Assembly (NCBI GenBank): GCA_050184475.1
Contig: JBFXAH010000011.1
Span: forward strand, 11,208 to 75,207
DNA: 64,000 bases
Direction: 5' to 3'
Origin: Pirellulales bacterium
GTDB lineage: Bacteria > Planctomycetota > Planctomycetia > Pirellulales > JAEUIK01
Shown: piece after piece, positions 37,538 to 47,061 of the stretch
Position numbering within the stretch: the first letter of the stretch is position 1
How the letters are laid out: every line of letters starts with the position of its first letter
The notes under the pieces: model-generated
What the model saw: only the letters and a program-made list of their open reading frames with translations
Told to the model about the DNA's origin: nothing
Databases searched by the model: none
Made by a program: the position numbers and the translations under genes

Positions 37538-38581
37538 ATGAAGATTCGCCTAGCTTCCGTCGCCGTTGCCTGTTTGGCGCTGAGCCTGGCCACGGCGGCC
37601 CGCGCGCTGGATCAGATTCGCACGGCCAAGGGGACCGCGGTCAACGGCACGATCACCGAGGTCAATCCGCGCGAGATCACGCTGAGCCTGCCCAACGGCG
37701 ACGTCGAGCGGCTGCCGGTCAACGAAGTCGAGTACATCAAGTTCAATGGCGAGCCGCCGCAGTTGAACGTCGGCCGCACGGCCGCGCTAGGTGGCCGCTA
37801 CGAAGACGCCCTGCGCGTGCTCGAAAAACTCGGCAGCGAGAAAATCGACCGCGCCGAAGTGCAGCAAGACCTGCAATACCTGCAGGCCTATTGCCTTACG
37901 AAGCTGGCCCTGTCCGGCGGGGGCGATGTTCTCGAGGCGGGCAAAGCCATGCGCGAATTCGTACAGCGGAACGCCAGCAGCTTCCATTTTCTCGAAGCCA
38001 GCGAGCTGCTGGGCGACATCTTCACCGCGATTAACAAGCCCGACCTGGCGGCACAGCAATATGCCGCGGTCGAACGCGGCGCTCCCTGGGACGACGTGAA
38101 GATGCGGGCCCGCATCGCCAAGGGATACGCCCTGCTCTCGCAAGACAAACCGCACGACGCGCTCACCGAGTTCGAAGGCGCCTTGTCGCTGGCCGGCCAG
38201 CAAGACTCGCCGCTGGTCGCCCGCCAGCAGCAGGCCGCGCAACTGGGCAAGGCCGCTTGCCTGGCCGCGTCGGGCAAGCCGGCCGACGGCATCGCCCTGG
38301 TCGAAGGGGTGATCTCCAAGTCCGATCCCGAGCAGGGCGAGTTGTTCGCCCGCGCCTACAACACGCTCGGCACCTGCCTGCGAGCGGCGGGCAAGAAGAA
38401 GGAGGCGCTCTTGGCCTTCTTGCACGTCGACGTGCTGTACGCCGCGCAGGCACAAGCGCACGCCGAGGCGCTCAAGAACCTGACCGAGCTCTGGCCCGAA
38501 GTCGGTCAGCCGCAACGTGCGGCCGCGGCGCAAGAGCTCTTGAAATCGCGTTATCCCAACAGCCGCTGGGCGAAAGGTTGA
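37538..38581 (+). CDS. secreted TPR-repeat protein
   Basis: Start at MKIRLASVAVACLALSLATAARA (signal peptide, ATG 37538-37540); the upstream part of the 504-aa ORF is an artefact. The C-terminal half is TPR-like. Confidence 0.75.
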   Translation: MKIRLASVAVACLALSLATAARALDQIRTAKGTAVNGTITEVNPREITLSLPNGDVERLPVNEVEYIKFNGEPPQLNVGRTAALGGRYEDALRVLEKLGSEKIDRAEVQQDLQYLQAYCLTKLALSGGGDVLEAGKAMREFVQRNASSFHFLEASELLGDIFTAINKPDLAAQQYAAVERGAPWDDVKMRARIAKGYALLSQDKPHDALTEFEGALSLAGQQDSPLVARQQQAAQLGKAACLAASGKPADGIALVEGVISKSDPEQGELFARAYNTLGTCLRAAGKKKEALLAFLHVDVLYAAQAQAHAEALKNLTELWPEVGQPQRAAAAQELLKSRYPNSRWAKG

Positions 38582-38636
38582 TGTCGCCGCGGCGCGTGGT
38601 CAGGGGCCAACAATACACTCTCACATCTCCTCTTCC

Positions 38637-39485
38637 GTGGAGCTTTCGATGATCCCTCGTTTGCAATCGCCTTTGGCGCGACGGCCAGTCGCCACCTGGC
38701 GACTGATTCTCTGCCTGCTGGCCATGACGTTGGGGCTGACGGCCGTGTGGGCTGGCTCGGCCGTGGCGCAAGATGACGAAGCCCCGGCCGCGGCCGAACC
38801 AGCGGCCCCCGCCGCAGGCGGCGGCGACTCGACGACCGAAGCCCCGCCGGCTCGCCAGTCGATGCTCGGCTTTTACTTCGCCGCCTTGGGGTGGAAGTAC
38901 ACGTTGGCCTTCCTGTTCGTGTCGTTTTGCTTCGTGGCGCTGTTGGTGATGAACCTGTTGGCGGCCCGCCGCGACCAGATCATTCCGCAAACGCTGGTCG
39001 ACAACTTCGAACTGCAATTGAACGAGAAGCGCTATCAAGAAGCGTTCGAAACCGCCAAGGCCGACGACTCGGTGCTCGGCAAGGTGTTGGCCGCCGGCAT
39101 GGCGCAGCTCAAGCAGGGTTACGCGGCCTCGATCAATGCCATGCAGGAAGCCGGCACCGACGAAAACATGAAGCTCGAACAGCGGCTGGGCTACATCGCC
39201 CTGATCGGCACCATCAGCCCCATGCTCGGGCTGCTGGGAACGGTCGACGGGATGGTGGCCTCGTTCCAGGTCATCGCCCAAAGCTCGACTTCGCCCAAGC
39301 CGTCGGAGCTGGCCCAGGGTATTTCGATGGCCTTGATCACCACGCTGGTCGGGCTGTGGCTGGCCATTCCGGCCATCGCCGTGCATAAGCTGCTGGGCAA
39401 CCGGCTGTCGCGGCTGGTCTTCGAGGTCGGCGTCGCCAGCGAGGGCTTGATGGCGCGCTTCGCCGAAGTCGGCAAGAAGGCCTGA
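38637..39485 (+). CDS. exbB: MotA/TolQ/ExbB proton-channel family protein (long form with signal peptide)
   Basis: Conserved IALIGTISPMLGLLGTVDGMVASF and ALITTLVGLWLAIPAI segments. Start is GTG 38637 or ATG 38649. Confidence 0.9.
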   Translation: MELSMIPRLQSPLARRPVATWRLILCLLAMTLGLTAVWAGSAVAQDDEAPAAAEPAAPAAGGGDSTTEAPPARQSMLGFYFAALGWKYTLAFLFVSFCFVALLVMNLLAARRDQIIPQTLVDNFELQLNEKRYQEAFETAKADDSVLGKVLAAGMAQLKQGYAASINAMQEAGTDENMKLEQRLGYIALIGTISPMLGLLGTVDGMVASFQVIAQSSTSPKPSELAQGISMALITTLVGLWLAIPAIAVHKLLGNRLSRLVFEVGVASEGLMARFAEVGKKA

Positions 39486-39489
39486 CCCG

Positions 39490-39939
39490 ATGGACATCAA
39501 CACCAAGGCTCTGACCGAAGACGTCGAGGGGGACATGACCCCCATGATCGACATGACGTTTCAGTTGATCGCCTTTTTCATGGTCCTTATGAACTTTGGC
39601 GAGGGGGAGCAAGACGAGCGCATTCGCTTGCCGTTGAGCCAACTGGCCAAGCCCCCCGATGCGCCAAACGTCTGGCCCATGACGTTGCAATTGACGAACG
39701 TCGGCACCGTGCTGTTCAACGGCGAAGAGGTTCCCGTGCAGGGGATTCAACCGCTGCTGCTGCGCGAAAGCCAGGTCATGAAAGTGCAAGAGCGCGACCC
39801 GAAAGAGGCCACGGTCATCATTCGGGCCGACGCCACGGCCAAGACCGGCCAGGTGCAGGAGCTGATCGGCGTCTGTCAGTCTCCCGAAATCGGCTTCGAG
39901 AAGTTCGTGCTGCGCGCCAAGCAGCGGCAAGCTGACTAG
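39490..39939 (+). CDS. exbD: ExbD/TolR biopolymer transport protein
   Basis: MTPMIDMTFQLIAFFMV single TM followed by the ExbD periplasmic domain (VIIRADATAKTGQVQELI). Confidence 0.9.
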   Translation: MDINTKALTEDVEGDMTPMIDMTFQLIAFFMVLMNFGEGEQDERIRLPLSQLAKPPDAPNVWPMTLQLTNVGTVLFNGEEVPVQGIQPLLLRESQVMKVQERDPKEATVIIRADATAKTGQVQELIGVCQSPEIGFEKFVLRAKQRQAD

Positions 39940-40006
39940 GGCGTGAGTTTCAAGAAATGGGCCTTTGCGCCACTGACCACTAACCACTAACCACTAGCCA
40001 CCCACC

Positions 40007-40495
40007 GTGCTCAAGCCCAAAGATCTGCCCAAAGGCGAGAAGGTCGAGCTGCAGATGACGGCGATGATCGACGTCGTCTTCCAGCTTTTGATCTTCTTTA
40101 TTCTCACGTTCAAGATCACCACGCCTGAGGGTGACTTCAACATCAAGATGCCGCTGGGCAAGTCGTCGCCGCAGTTGGCCGAGGAGATTCCCGCCCCGCC
40201 GCTGGTTGTCCGGCTCGAGGCCGGCTCCGACGGCCGGCTGGCCTCGATCTCGCTGGACAATCGCCAGCTCAAGGGCTTCGACGAGTTGCACAACATCGTG
40301 CTCGACCGCGTGGGAGACGCCGGTCCCTCGGCCGCGGCCGAAGAGATCGAGGTCGAGCTCGATTGCGATTACGACCTCAACTACGAGTTCGTCGTCGAGG
40401 CGATCACGGCCGTGTCGGGCAAGGTCGAGGGGAACTCGATTCTCCCCTTGGTGCAGAAGATCAAGTTCGCCAACCCCCGCAAGGCAGGCGGATAA
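40007..40495 (+). CDS. exbD: ExbD/TolR biopolymer transport protein (second paralog)
   Basis: GTG start. MTAMIDVVFQLLIFFILTF TM followed by an ExbD-like periplasmic domain. Confidence 0.88.
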   Translation: MLKPKDLPKGEKVELQMTAMIDVVFQLLIFFILTFKITTPEGDFNIKMPLGKSSPQLAEEIPAPPLVVRLEAGSDGRLASISLDNRQLKGFDELHNIVLDRVGDAGPSAAAEEIEVELDCDYDLNYEFVVEAITAVSGKVEGNSILPLVQKIKFANPRKAGG

Positions 40496-40516
40496 GAACA
40501 AGTGGTCAGGGGCCAG

Positions 40517-40603
40517 GTTTCAAAACCGTCGGGGACTGTCCCGATTTTGCTAGGTACCCCGAGCAAAATGGCACTGTCCCCCTGCTTTAGACGGTTTTGA
40601 AAC
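40517..40603. repeat. 87-bp composite palindrome between convergent exbD and xerD
   Basis: Outer arms GGTTTCAAAACCGTC / GACGGTTTTGAAAC. Inner imperfect arms GGGGACTGTCCCGATTTTGCT / AGCAAAATGGCACTGTCCCC. It shares the GTTTCAAAACC module with the REP-like copies at 19292 and 44112. Confidence 0.75.
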
Positions 40604-40671
40604 TATCTCGAGTGGTCGGTAATCACCAGCGCCGCTCGCCACGAATCACTGACCCCACTAGCCACTACCTC

Positions 40672-41610
40672 TCACGCGCGCGGGTGGAACTTGGCATGGA
40701 CCGCCTTCAACCGCCGCTGATCGACGTGCGTGTAGATTTGCGTCGTCGCGATGTTGGCGTGCCCCAACAGCTCTTGCACTTGCCGCAGATCGGCGCCGCC
40801 GGCCAGCAAATGCGTGGCGAAGCTGTGCCTTAGCCAGTGAGGGCTGACGTCGACCGGTGCTCCGGCTTGCACGGCGTAGCGTTTGATCAGTTCCCAGATC
40901 CGCTCCCGCGCCAGCGGCCTGCCGCGCCGCGAGACGAACAACCAGGCCGGCGCCGGCGACCGCCCGGCGACGAACGTCGGTCGCTCGCGCTGGAGATACG
41001 CTTCAACCGCCGCGATGGCGCGCTTGCCCAGCGGCACCAAACGTTCTTTGTTCCCTTTGCCCCGGCAGCGGCAGTAGTTCTCCCCCAGGTGCAAGTCCTC
41101 GAGCTTGATGCCCGCCAACTCCGACACGCGGCAGCCCGTGGCGTAGAGCAATTCCAAGATCGCCCGATCGCGTCGCCAGGCCGGCTGTGGCGCGCGGGGG
41201 CATTCGAGCAGCTTCTGAAGTTGCTGGGCATTGAGCACGTGCGGCACGCGTTCCCACAGCTTCGGGCTCCCCAGCAACTCGGCCAGGTTCTCTTCGACGA
41301 CCCCCTCGAGCTGCAGGTAGCGGTAGAACATCCGCAGGCTGACGATGTGCCGGCCGATCGACGCCGGGGCCAGGCTTTGCTTCGACAACCAGGCGGCGTA
41401 ATCGGCCAGTTCGCGAATGGTTAACCGCGTGGCGTTGCGGCTGCCGAGCCATTGGCGAAACCGCCTCAGGTCGCGCTCGTAGGCCCGCACCGAGTTTTCG
41501 GCCAGGTGACACTGCGCGCGCAAATAGCCGGGAAACTCCTCGTACCACGAGCCCAGTTCGGCCCGCGGCGACTTCGACGGCGGCAACACGACACGGCGGC
41601 GGGGGGACAT
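40672..41610 (-). CDS. xerD: tyrosine site-specific recombinase XerD (XerC/XerD family)
   Basis: N-terminal SAM-like domain and a C-terminal catalytic core with ATGCRVSEL (Arg), [12 protein letters not shown] (H-x-x-R), [16 protein letters not shown] (His, Tyr), ending HPRA. I cannot resolve XerC versus XerD by eye. Confidence 0.88.
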   Translation of the reverse strand: MSPRRRVVLPPSKSPRAELGSWYEEFPGYLRAQCHLAENSVRAYERDLRRFRQWLGSRNATRLTIRELADYAAWLSKQSLAPASIGRHIVSLRMFYRYLQLEGVVEENLAELLGSPKLWERVPHVLNAQQLQKLLECPRAPQPAWRRDRAILELLYATGCRVSELAGIKLEDLHLGENYCRCRGKGNKERLVPLGKRAIAAVEAYLQRERPTFVAGRSPAPAWLFVSRRGRPLARERIWELIKRYAVQAGAPVDVSPHWLRHSFATHLLAGGADLRQVQELLGHANIATTQIYTHVDQRRLKAVHAKFHPRA

Positions 41611-41872
41611 GCAATGGATCTCGCGCGCTAGGGGGCTCTATCGAGCGCGTCGGCACGCTGGCCGGCGGCTCTACAGCCAATTGCCGTGCTCGTCGTCCGC
41701 CCGGAGATGGTGCGCGGCCGCTACAATCGGCAAGGTCGCCGCCGGACGCTACCACCTGGGGGCCAAGTCCCTTAGAATCGGGGGCGCTGGCGCCGCGCTC
41801 GCCCCCGCAAACTTTCCGCCGACGCAAAACCTGCGCGCGCCGATCTTCGCCAAGGACCAGGCAGGGCCCCGC

Positions 41873-42832
41873 ATGAGCATCGACACACTCGACCCCAGCA
41901 GTCCCCCGCGGCAGTGGACCCGCCGGCATTTGTTGAGCCTCGAAGAGCTCACGGCCGACGAGATCACACTCATTTTGGATACGGCCGAAGGCTTCAAGGA
42001 AGCCGCCCGCGACGCCCGGCACAAGTCGCCGGTGTTGGCCGGCAAGACGGTCGCCAACCTGTTCTTCGAGAACTCGACGCGCACCCGCACCAGCTTTGCG
42101 CTGGCGGCCCGGCGCTTGGGGGCCGACACGGTCGACTTCTCCTCGAGCGGCAGCAGCCTCTCGAAAGGGGAGACCTTCATCGACACGGCCAAGAACATCG
42201 AGGCCATGGGGGTCGACCTGGTCGTGGTCCGGCATCGCACCCCCGGCACGCCGCAACTGCTGGCACAAAACCTAGGCGTGTCGGTCGTCAACGCCGGCGA
42301 CGGACCGCACGAGCATCCAACACAAGGGTTGTTGGACGTGCTGACCATCCGCGACCACCTTGGGCGGATTGCCGGCAAAACCGTGGCCTTGGTGGGCGAC
42401 ATCGCCCATAGCCGCACGGCCCGCTCGAACCTGTGGGCCCTCAAGCGGCTGGGGGCGCACGTGATTCTGTGCGGCCCTGCGACCCTCGTTTCGCGCCGCT
42501 GGGAAGAGCTCGGCGTCGAAGTCTGCCACTCGCTCGACGACATCGTGCCTCGCTGCGACGTGGTCAACCTGCTGCGGATTCAGTTCGAGCGTCAGTCGAC
42601 CGCGCCGTTTCCGTCGGTTCGCGAGTACGCGCATCTCTATGCCATGAATGGCGATCGCCTACGGCGTGCCAAGGACAACATCCTGATTCTCGCGCCGGGG
42701 CCGATCAATCGCGGCGTCGAAGTCACTCCCGACGTGGCCGACGGCCCGCACTCGGTGATTCTCGAGCAGGTGACCAACGGCGTGGCGGTGCGGATGGCCG
42801 TGCTGCGGCTGCTGCTGGGAGGTCGACCATGA
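41873..42832 (+). CDS. pyrB: aspartate carbamoyltransferase catalytic subunit
   Basis: Start at [10 protein letters not shown] (ATG 41873). Carbamoyl-phosphate motif [12 protein letters not shown] and [14 protein letters not shown] overlap with pyrC. Confidence 0.92.
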   Translation: MSIDTLDPSSPPRQWTRRHLLSLEELTADEITLILDTAEGFKEAARDARHKSPVLAGKTVANLFFENSTRTRTSFALAARRLGADTVDFSSSGSSLSKGETFIDTAKNIEAMGVDLVVVRHRTPGTPQLLAQNLGVSVVNAGDGPHEHPTQGLLDVLTIRDHLGRIAGKTVALVGDIAHSRTARSNLWALKRLGAHVILCGPATLVSRRWEELGVEVCHSLDDIVPRCDVVNLLRIQFERQSTAPFPSVREYAHLYAMNGDRLRRAKDNILILAPGPINRGVEVTPDVADGPHSVILEQVTNGVAVRMAVLRLLLGGRP

Positions 42833-44109
42833 GCACGCTGCTCATCGAAGGGGGGCGCGTGATCGATCCGGCCGAGGGGGTCGACCGCGTCACCAACGTG
42901 CTCATCGAAGACGATCGCATCGCCGCGCTCGACGTGCCGGCCAACGGACAAGCGCGGATCATCAACGCCCGCGGCAAGATCGTCTCCCCCGGCTTGATCG
43001 ACATGCACGTGCACCTGCGCGAGCCGGGGCGCGAAGAAGACGAGACGATCCGCACCGGCACGGCGGCCGCCGTGGCCGGCGGCTTCACCTCGATTGCTTG
43101 CATTCCCAACACCGAGCCGCCGATCGACACGCAGGCGCAAGTCGAGTTCGTGCAACATCAGGCCACGCGGGCCGACCAGGCCAACGTGTTCGTGGTCGCC
43201 TGCGTCAGCAAGAATCGCGAAGGGCGCGAGCTGGCTGAGATCGGCCAGTTGGTCGAAGCCGGCGCGGTCGGCTTCACCGACGATGGCGCCCCGATCTTCG
43301 ATCCCGAGCTGCTCCGCAGAGCTTTCGAATACTGCCAGATGTTCGACAAGCCGATTCTCAACCACTGCGAGGTCCGCGAGCTCACCACGGGCGGGGTGAT
43401 GCACGAAGGCTCGGTCTCGCTGCAGTTGGGCCTGGGGGGGATGCCGGCCGCCGCCGAAGATGTCATGACCGGCCGCGACATCATCCTGGCCGAAGCGACC
43501 GGCGGGCGGTTGCACATCATGCACATCTCGACCGCCGGCAGCATCGAACTGGTGCGCCGCGCCAAGTCGCGCGGCGTGCGGGTGACCACCGAAGTCTGCC
43601 CGCATCACTTCACGCTCACCGACGAATGCCTGCGGACGTTCGACTCGAACTTCAAAATGAGCCCGCCGCTGCGCACGGCCGCCGACGTCGAGGCCTGCAT
43701 CGCCGCGCTGCGCGACGGCACGATCGACTGCATCGTCACCGATCACGCGCCGCACGCCCGCGAAAAGAAAATGCAGGAGCTCGATCGGGCGCCCTTCGGC
43801 ATCATCGGCCTGGAAACGGCCCTGGGCCTAGTCGTCACCCAGTTGATCGAACCGGGGCACCTCGACTGGCCGACGGCGATCGCCAAGCTGACTTGCAATC
43901 CGGCCGGCGTCTTGAAACTGGAAAACAAGGGGACCCTGCGCGTGGGTGCCGACGCCGACGTGACGATCATCGATCCCGACAAGCGCTGGCAGGTCGACGC
44001 CGCGAAGTTCCGCTCGAAGAGCGTCAACTCGCCCTTTATCGGCCAGCAACTTAAGGGGCGCGCCGACACGGTGATCGTCGGCGGCCGCGTCAAATACGTC
44101 GCCGACTAA
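42829..44109 (+). CDS. pyrC: dihydroorotase (allantoinase-like, long type)
   Basis: Start at [14 protein letters not shown] (ATG 42829). Metal ligands in [11 protein letters not shown] and IVTDHAPH. Confidence 0.92.
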   Translation: MSTLLIEGGRVIDPAEGVDRVTNVLIEDDRIAALDVPANGQARIINARGKIVSPGLIDMHVHLREPGREEDETIRTGTAAAVAGGFTSIACIPNTEPPIDTQAQVEFVQHQATRADQANVFVVACVSKNREGRELAEIGQLVEAGAVGFTDDGAPIFDPELLRRAFEYCQMFDKPILNHCEVRELTTGGVMHEGSVSLQLGLGGMPAAAEDVMTGRDIILAEATGGRLHIMHISTAGSIELVRRAKSRGVRVTTEVCPHHFTLTDECLRTFDSNFKMSPPLRTAADVEACIAALRDGTIDCIVTDHAPHAREKKMQELDRAPFGIIGLETALGLVVTQLIEPGHLDWPTAIAKLTCNPAGVLKLENKGTLRVGADADVTIIDPDKRWQVDAAKFRSKSVNSPFIGQQLKGRADTVIVGGRVKYVAD

Positions 44110-44111
44110 AA

Positions 44112-44160
44112 GCATTTTCAAACCCGTTCGGGTGCCACTGCTGGCTTGTCCAGCGAGCAG
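44112..44160. repeat. REP-like element, copy B (decayed right arm)
   Basis: GCATTTTCAAACCCGTTCGGGTGCCACTGCTGGCTTGTCCAGCGAGCAG aligns with copy A. The left arm CACTGCTGG is intact and the right arm is mutated. It starts 3 nt after the pyrC stop and abuts the NYN gene start. Confidence 0.55.
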
Positions 44161-44163
44161 GCC

Positions 44164-44730
44164 ATGTCGCTGCTGGTCGACGGCTACAACCTGATTCACG
44201 CCGCGAATATCGTGGGCCGTGGCATCGGCCCGCGCGGTTTGGAGCGTGCGCGGCAGGCGCTATTGGACACGCTGGTCGCTTCGCTCCCCGACGCCGAGCG
44301 GGCGCGCACCACGGTCGTCTTCGATGCCGCCGGGGCACCACCCGGATTGCCACGCGTGGTCACCTACCAGGGGATCTGCGTGCGCTACGCGACCGGATAC
44401 GAGAGCGCCGACGAACTGCTCGAAGAATTGATCGCGGCCGATTCGGCGCCGAAAAGGTTGACGGTCGTCTCGAGCGATCATCGCGTGCAAAAAGCGGCCC
44501 GCCGGCGTCGCGCCACGGCCACGGACAGCGACGTCTGGTTTGCCGAGTTGCAGCGAAATCGCCGGCCGATGCCCACGGGCCGGCAGTCACCACATCCCGA
44601 CGACGAGCCGGAGCCGACGGTGCTCACGCCGGAAGAAATCGAAGCTCTCGCGCGCGACGTGGAGCAAGCGATGCGCGACGACTTGTTGGACTTTCCCGAC
44701 GATTTGAAATTCAACGAGGACGACGAGTGA
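44164..44730 (+). CDS. NYN-domain (YacP-like) predicted ribonuclease
   Basis: MSLLVDGYNLIH...TVVFDA...LTVVSSDHRVQKAARRRRA matches the YacP/NYN layout, followed by an acidic C-terminal tail. ATG 44164 is preferred over TTG 44146. Confidence 0.8.
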   Translation: MSLLVDGYNLIHAANIVGRGIGPRGLERARQALLDTLVASLPDAERARTTVVFDAAGAPPGLPRVVTYQGICVRYATGYESADELLEELIAADSAPKRLTVVSSDHRVQKAARRRRATATDSDVWFAELQRNRRPMPTGRQSPHPDDEPEPTVLTPEEIEALARDVEQAMRDDLLDFPDDLKFNEDDE

Positions 44731-44828
44731 GTTTCCTCGGAGATATCCGAAGAGAGCGATCAAGCACCGCAGCGCGAGCCATGGATGCTGTCTGGACTCG
44801 CTGCAACGAGTCTGATGCTCCCCCCAAG

Positions 44829-45576
44829 CCCAGGGAAGATCCGCCCTTGGCGCAGTCCTGCCGCTGGGCGTCGCCCGCCTTCCCTGGGGGCCGCTGAATC
44901 GCCTTTGACAACGCGCTAGAGTACCGTGGAGCGACCCTCGTCGAGTTGTTTCTGGAGAATTTCCGTGCCAGTCGATCGTCGCCAATGGCACCATCTTTTG
45001 CTCACCACCTATGGGGCGTGGCTCTATGGCGATGCCCGTGGGTTTCGCACGCGGCATCATCGCGAGCACGTCGATGGCGATTACAAGAATCCGCCGCCGC
45101 GCGGCCTCTACGAAGAGAAACAACGCCGCAGTCGCGCATCATTGGTGCAACCTGCGGTGACCATTCCATCACGCTTCAAAGAATTGCTTGGCCGGGCGAT
45201 TTGGAGAGAGTTCACCCGGCGAGGTGCCTGGATACTCATCATGGCCGTCAGCGGGCAACACGTGCACTTGCTTGTGAAAATCGAAAGGGGGCGAATTCGT
45301 CAGCTTGCCGGGCGAGCAAAGCGCTGCGCGACGCTCGAGATGCGGTCCCAGGGCTGGCAAGGACGACTGTGGGGAATTCGCAGCCATGCGGATCGCATTC
45401 AAGACCGCGCGCATCAAGTGAATACGTATCGCTACATCCGGCGCCACATCCGCGAGGGCGCTTGGATCGGAATTTGGAAGCAAGATCCGACCGCAGCAAC
45501 TTGACGCCCCGCGGCCCCAGGGAAGGTCGCTTTGAATAATCTAGCAATCGGAGACTCGCAAGCGACCTTCCCTGGG
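44829..45576 (+). mobile_element. RAYT/IS200-like unit: HUH-Y1 transposase gene bracketed by hairpins sharing a CCCAGGGAAG core
   Basis: The upstream inverted repeat is CCCAGGGAAG (44829-44838) / CTTCCCTGGG (44879-44888). The downstream perfect 16-bp inverted repeat is CCCAGGGAAGGTCGCT (45516-45531) / AGCGACCTTCCCTGGG (45561-45576). The enclosed DNA is visibly lower in G+C. Confidence 0.55.
44926..45504 (+). CDS. IS200/IS605-family Y1 (HUH) transposase-like protein, REP-associated tyrosine transposase (RAYT)-like
   Basis: HUH motif in VSGQHVHLLVKI and a C-terminal Tyr motif NTYRYIRRHIREG. The N-terminal WHHLLLTTYGAWLYGDARGFR is typical of a planctomycete/deltaproteobacterial IS200-like subfamily. 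The start is GTG 44926 or GTG 44965. Confidence 0.65.
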   Translation: MERPSSSCFWRISVPVDRRQWHHLLLTTYGAWLYGDARGFRTRHHREHVDGDYKNPPPRGLYEEKQRRSRASLVQPAVTIPSRFKELLGRAIWREFTRRGAWILIMAVSGQHVHLLVKIERGRIRQLAGRAKRCATLEMRSQGWQGRLWGIRSHADRIQDRAHQVNTYRYIRRHIREGAWIGIWKQDPTAAT

Positions 45577-45650
45577 CTTGGAGAACGCTGAAGCGATTGC
45601 TCTCGCGAAACGCTGCGCGGATATATCGCGCGACTGAGAAGATCGCGCGA

Positions 45651-46928
45651 TCACCCTTCCAGGGCGCGATCCGAGATATCCTTGCGGCACCAGGCACCGT
45701 CCCAGCGGATCGCCTTCACCGCCGTGTAGGCCTGCAGCTTGGCCGCCGAAATGCTCGGCCCCGTGGCGGTCACCCCCAGCACGCGACCGCCGTCGGTGAC
45801 GATTTGCCCCTGGCTCGTGGCGGTGCCGGCATGAAACACTTTGACGCCAGGCACGGCGGCCGCCGCGTCGAGTCCGCGGATCGGCAAACCGCGCTCGTAA
45901 TTGCCGGGGTAGCCGCGGCTGGCCATCACCACGCAGACGGCCGGGTCGGGGTTCCACTCGACGGTGTCGAGCCGATCGAGTTGGCCGTCGACGGCCGCTT
46001 CGAGCAGATCGAGCAGATCGCTGTTGAGCCGCATCAACAGCGCCTGGCATTCGGGATCGCCGAACCGGGCGTTGTATTCGAGCACCCGCGGGCCTTGATT
46101 GGTGAGCATGATCCCGGCGTACAGCACGCCCCGGAACGGCCGGCGATTGCGCTTCATCGCGTGCACGGTCGGCACGAGCATCCGCTCTTCGATCAAGGCG
46201 AGCAGCTCGGGCGTGACGCGCGGCGCGGGCGAGTAAGCTCCCATGCCACCGGTGTTCGGGCCTGTGTCGCCATCGCCGGCGCGCTTGTGATCTTGAGCCG
46301 GCGGCAACGTGACGATCGTGCGGCCGTCGGTGATCGCCATCACGCTCGCCTCTTCGCCTTCGAGCCGATCCTCGATGACGATGTGATTGCCCGCCGCGCC
46401 GAACTCCTTGTCGCGGGCGATACGGCGCACCGCTTCGAGGGCGTCGTCGCGATTCTGACAAACGAAGACCCCTTTGCCGGCCGCCAGCCCATCGGCTTTG
46501 ACGACGATCGGCCGATCCTCGCGATCGATCAAATAGGTCGTCGCGCTTTCGTGACCGCGAAAGACGTGATAGTCGGCCGTCGGCACGTCGGCCTGGCGGA
46601 GCAGGTTCTTGCAGAAGCTCTTGCTCCCTTCGAGTTCGGCCGCCGCTTTCGAGGGGCCGAAGATCCGCAACTTTTCGGCGGCAAAAGCGTCGACGATCCC
46701 CGCGGCCAGCGGTTGCTCGGGCCCGACCACGGTCAGGCCGATGTCGTTCTGCCGGACGAACTTGATCAGCCGCGCGAAATCGGTCGGCGAAATATCGACG
46801 TTCTCGGCTTCGCTGGCGGTGCCGGCATTACCAGGCGCGACGAAGACGCGGTCGACGCGAGGGCTTTGCGCCAGCTTCCAGGCCAGCGCGTGCTCGCGTC
46901 CGCCGCTGCCGATGACCAGAACTTTCAT
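45651..46928 (-). CDS. purD: phosphoribosylamine--glycine ligase
   Basis: MKVLVIGSGGREHALAWKLAQSP N-terminus and ATP-grasp core, with full-length 425-aa colinearity to PurD. Confidence 0.95.
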   Translation of the reverse strand: MKVLVIGSGGREHALAWKLAQSPRVDRVFVAPGNAGTASEAENVDISPTDFARLIKFVRQNDIGLTVVGPEQPLAAGIVDAFAAEKLRIFGPSKAAAELEGSKSFCKNLLRQADVPTADYHVFRGHESATTYLIDREDRPIVVKADGLAAGKGVFVCQNRDDALEAVRRIARDKEFGAAGNHIVIEDRLEGEEASVMAITDGRTIVTLPPAQDHKRAGDGDTGPNTGGMGAYSPAPRVTPELLALIEERMLVPTVHAMKRNRRPFRGVLYAGIMLTNQGPRVLEYNARFGDPECQALLMRLNSDLLDLLEAAVDGQLDRLDTVEWNPDPAVCVVMASRGYPGNYERGLPIRGLDAAAAVPGVKVFHAGTATSQGQIVTDGGRVLGVTATGPSISAAKLQAYTAVKAIRWDGAWCRKDISDRALEG

Positions 46929-47061
46929 GATGCTTGGCTCCGCGCCGCCGCGGGCGTCGATCGCAAGGTTTGCTCACCAATCGCCCTGTGCGACGTCTGT
47001 CCGATTCTAGCGCCGGCGGCGCGAGGTGCCAAGCGACGCACGGCGGGCACAGGCGGCCGGC

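Noticed and set aside
40672-41610. Tyrosine recombinase as a possible integrase marking a genomic island, next to a large palindrome.
   Set aside because: Its sequence is a canonical XerC/XerD type (SAM-like N-domain, LLGH...[12 protein letters not shown] end). It is flanked by housekeeping clusters (exbBD and pyrBC), with no tRNA, direct repeats or phage genes nearby.
44946-45539. Alternative 197-aa frame overlapping the RAYT-like gene.
   Set aside because: Its translation has no motifs and is Arg/Ser-rich. The other frame carries the HUH and Tyr motifs.
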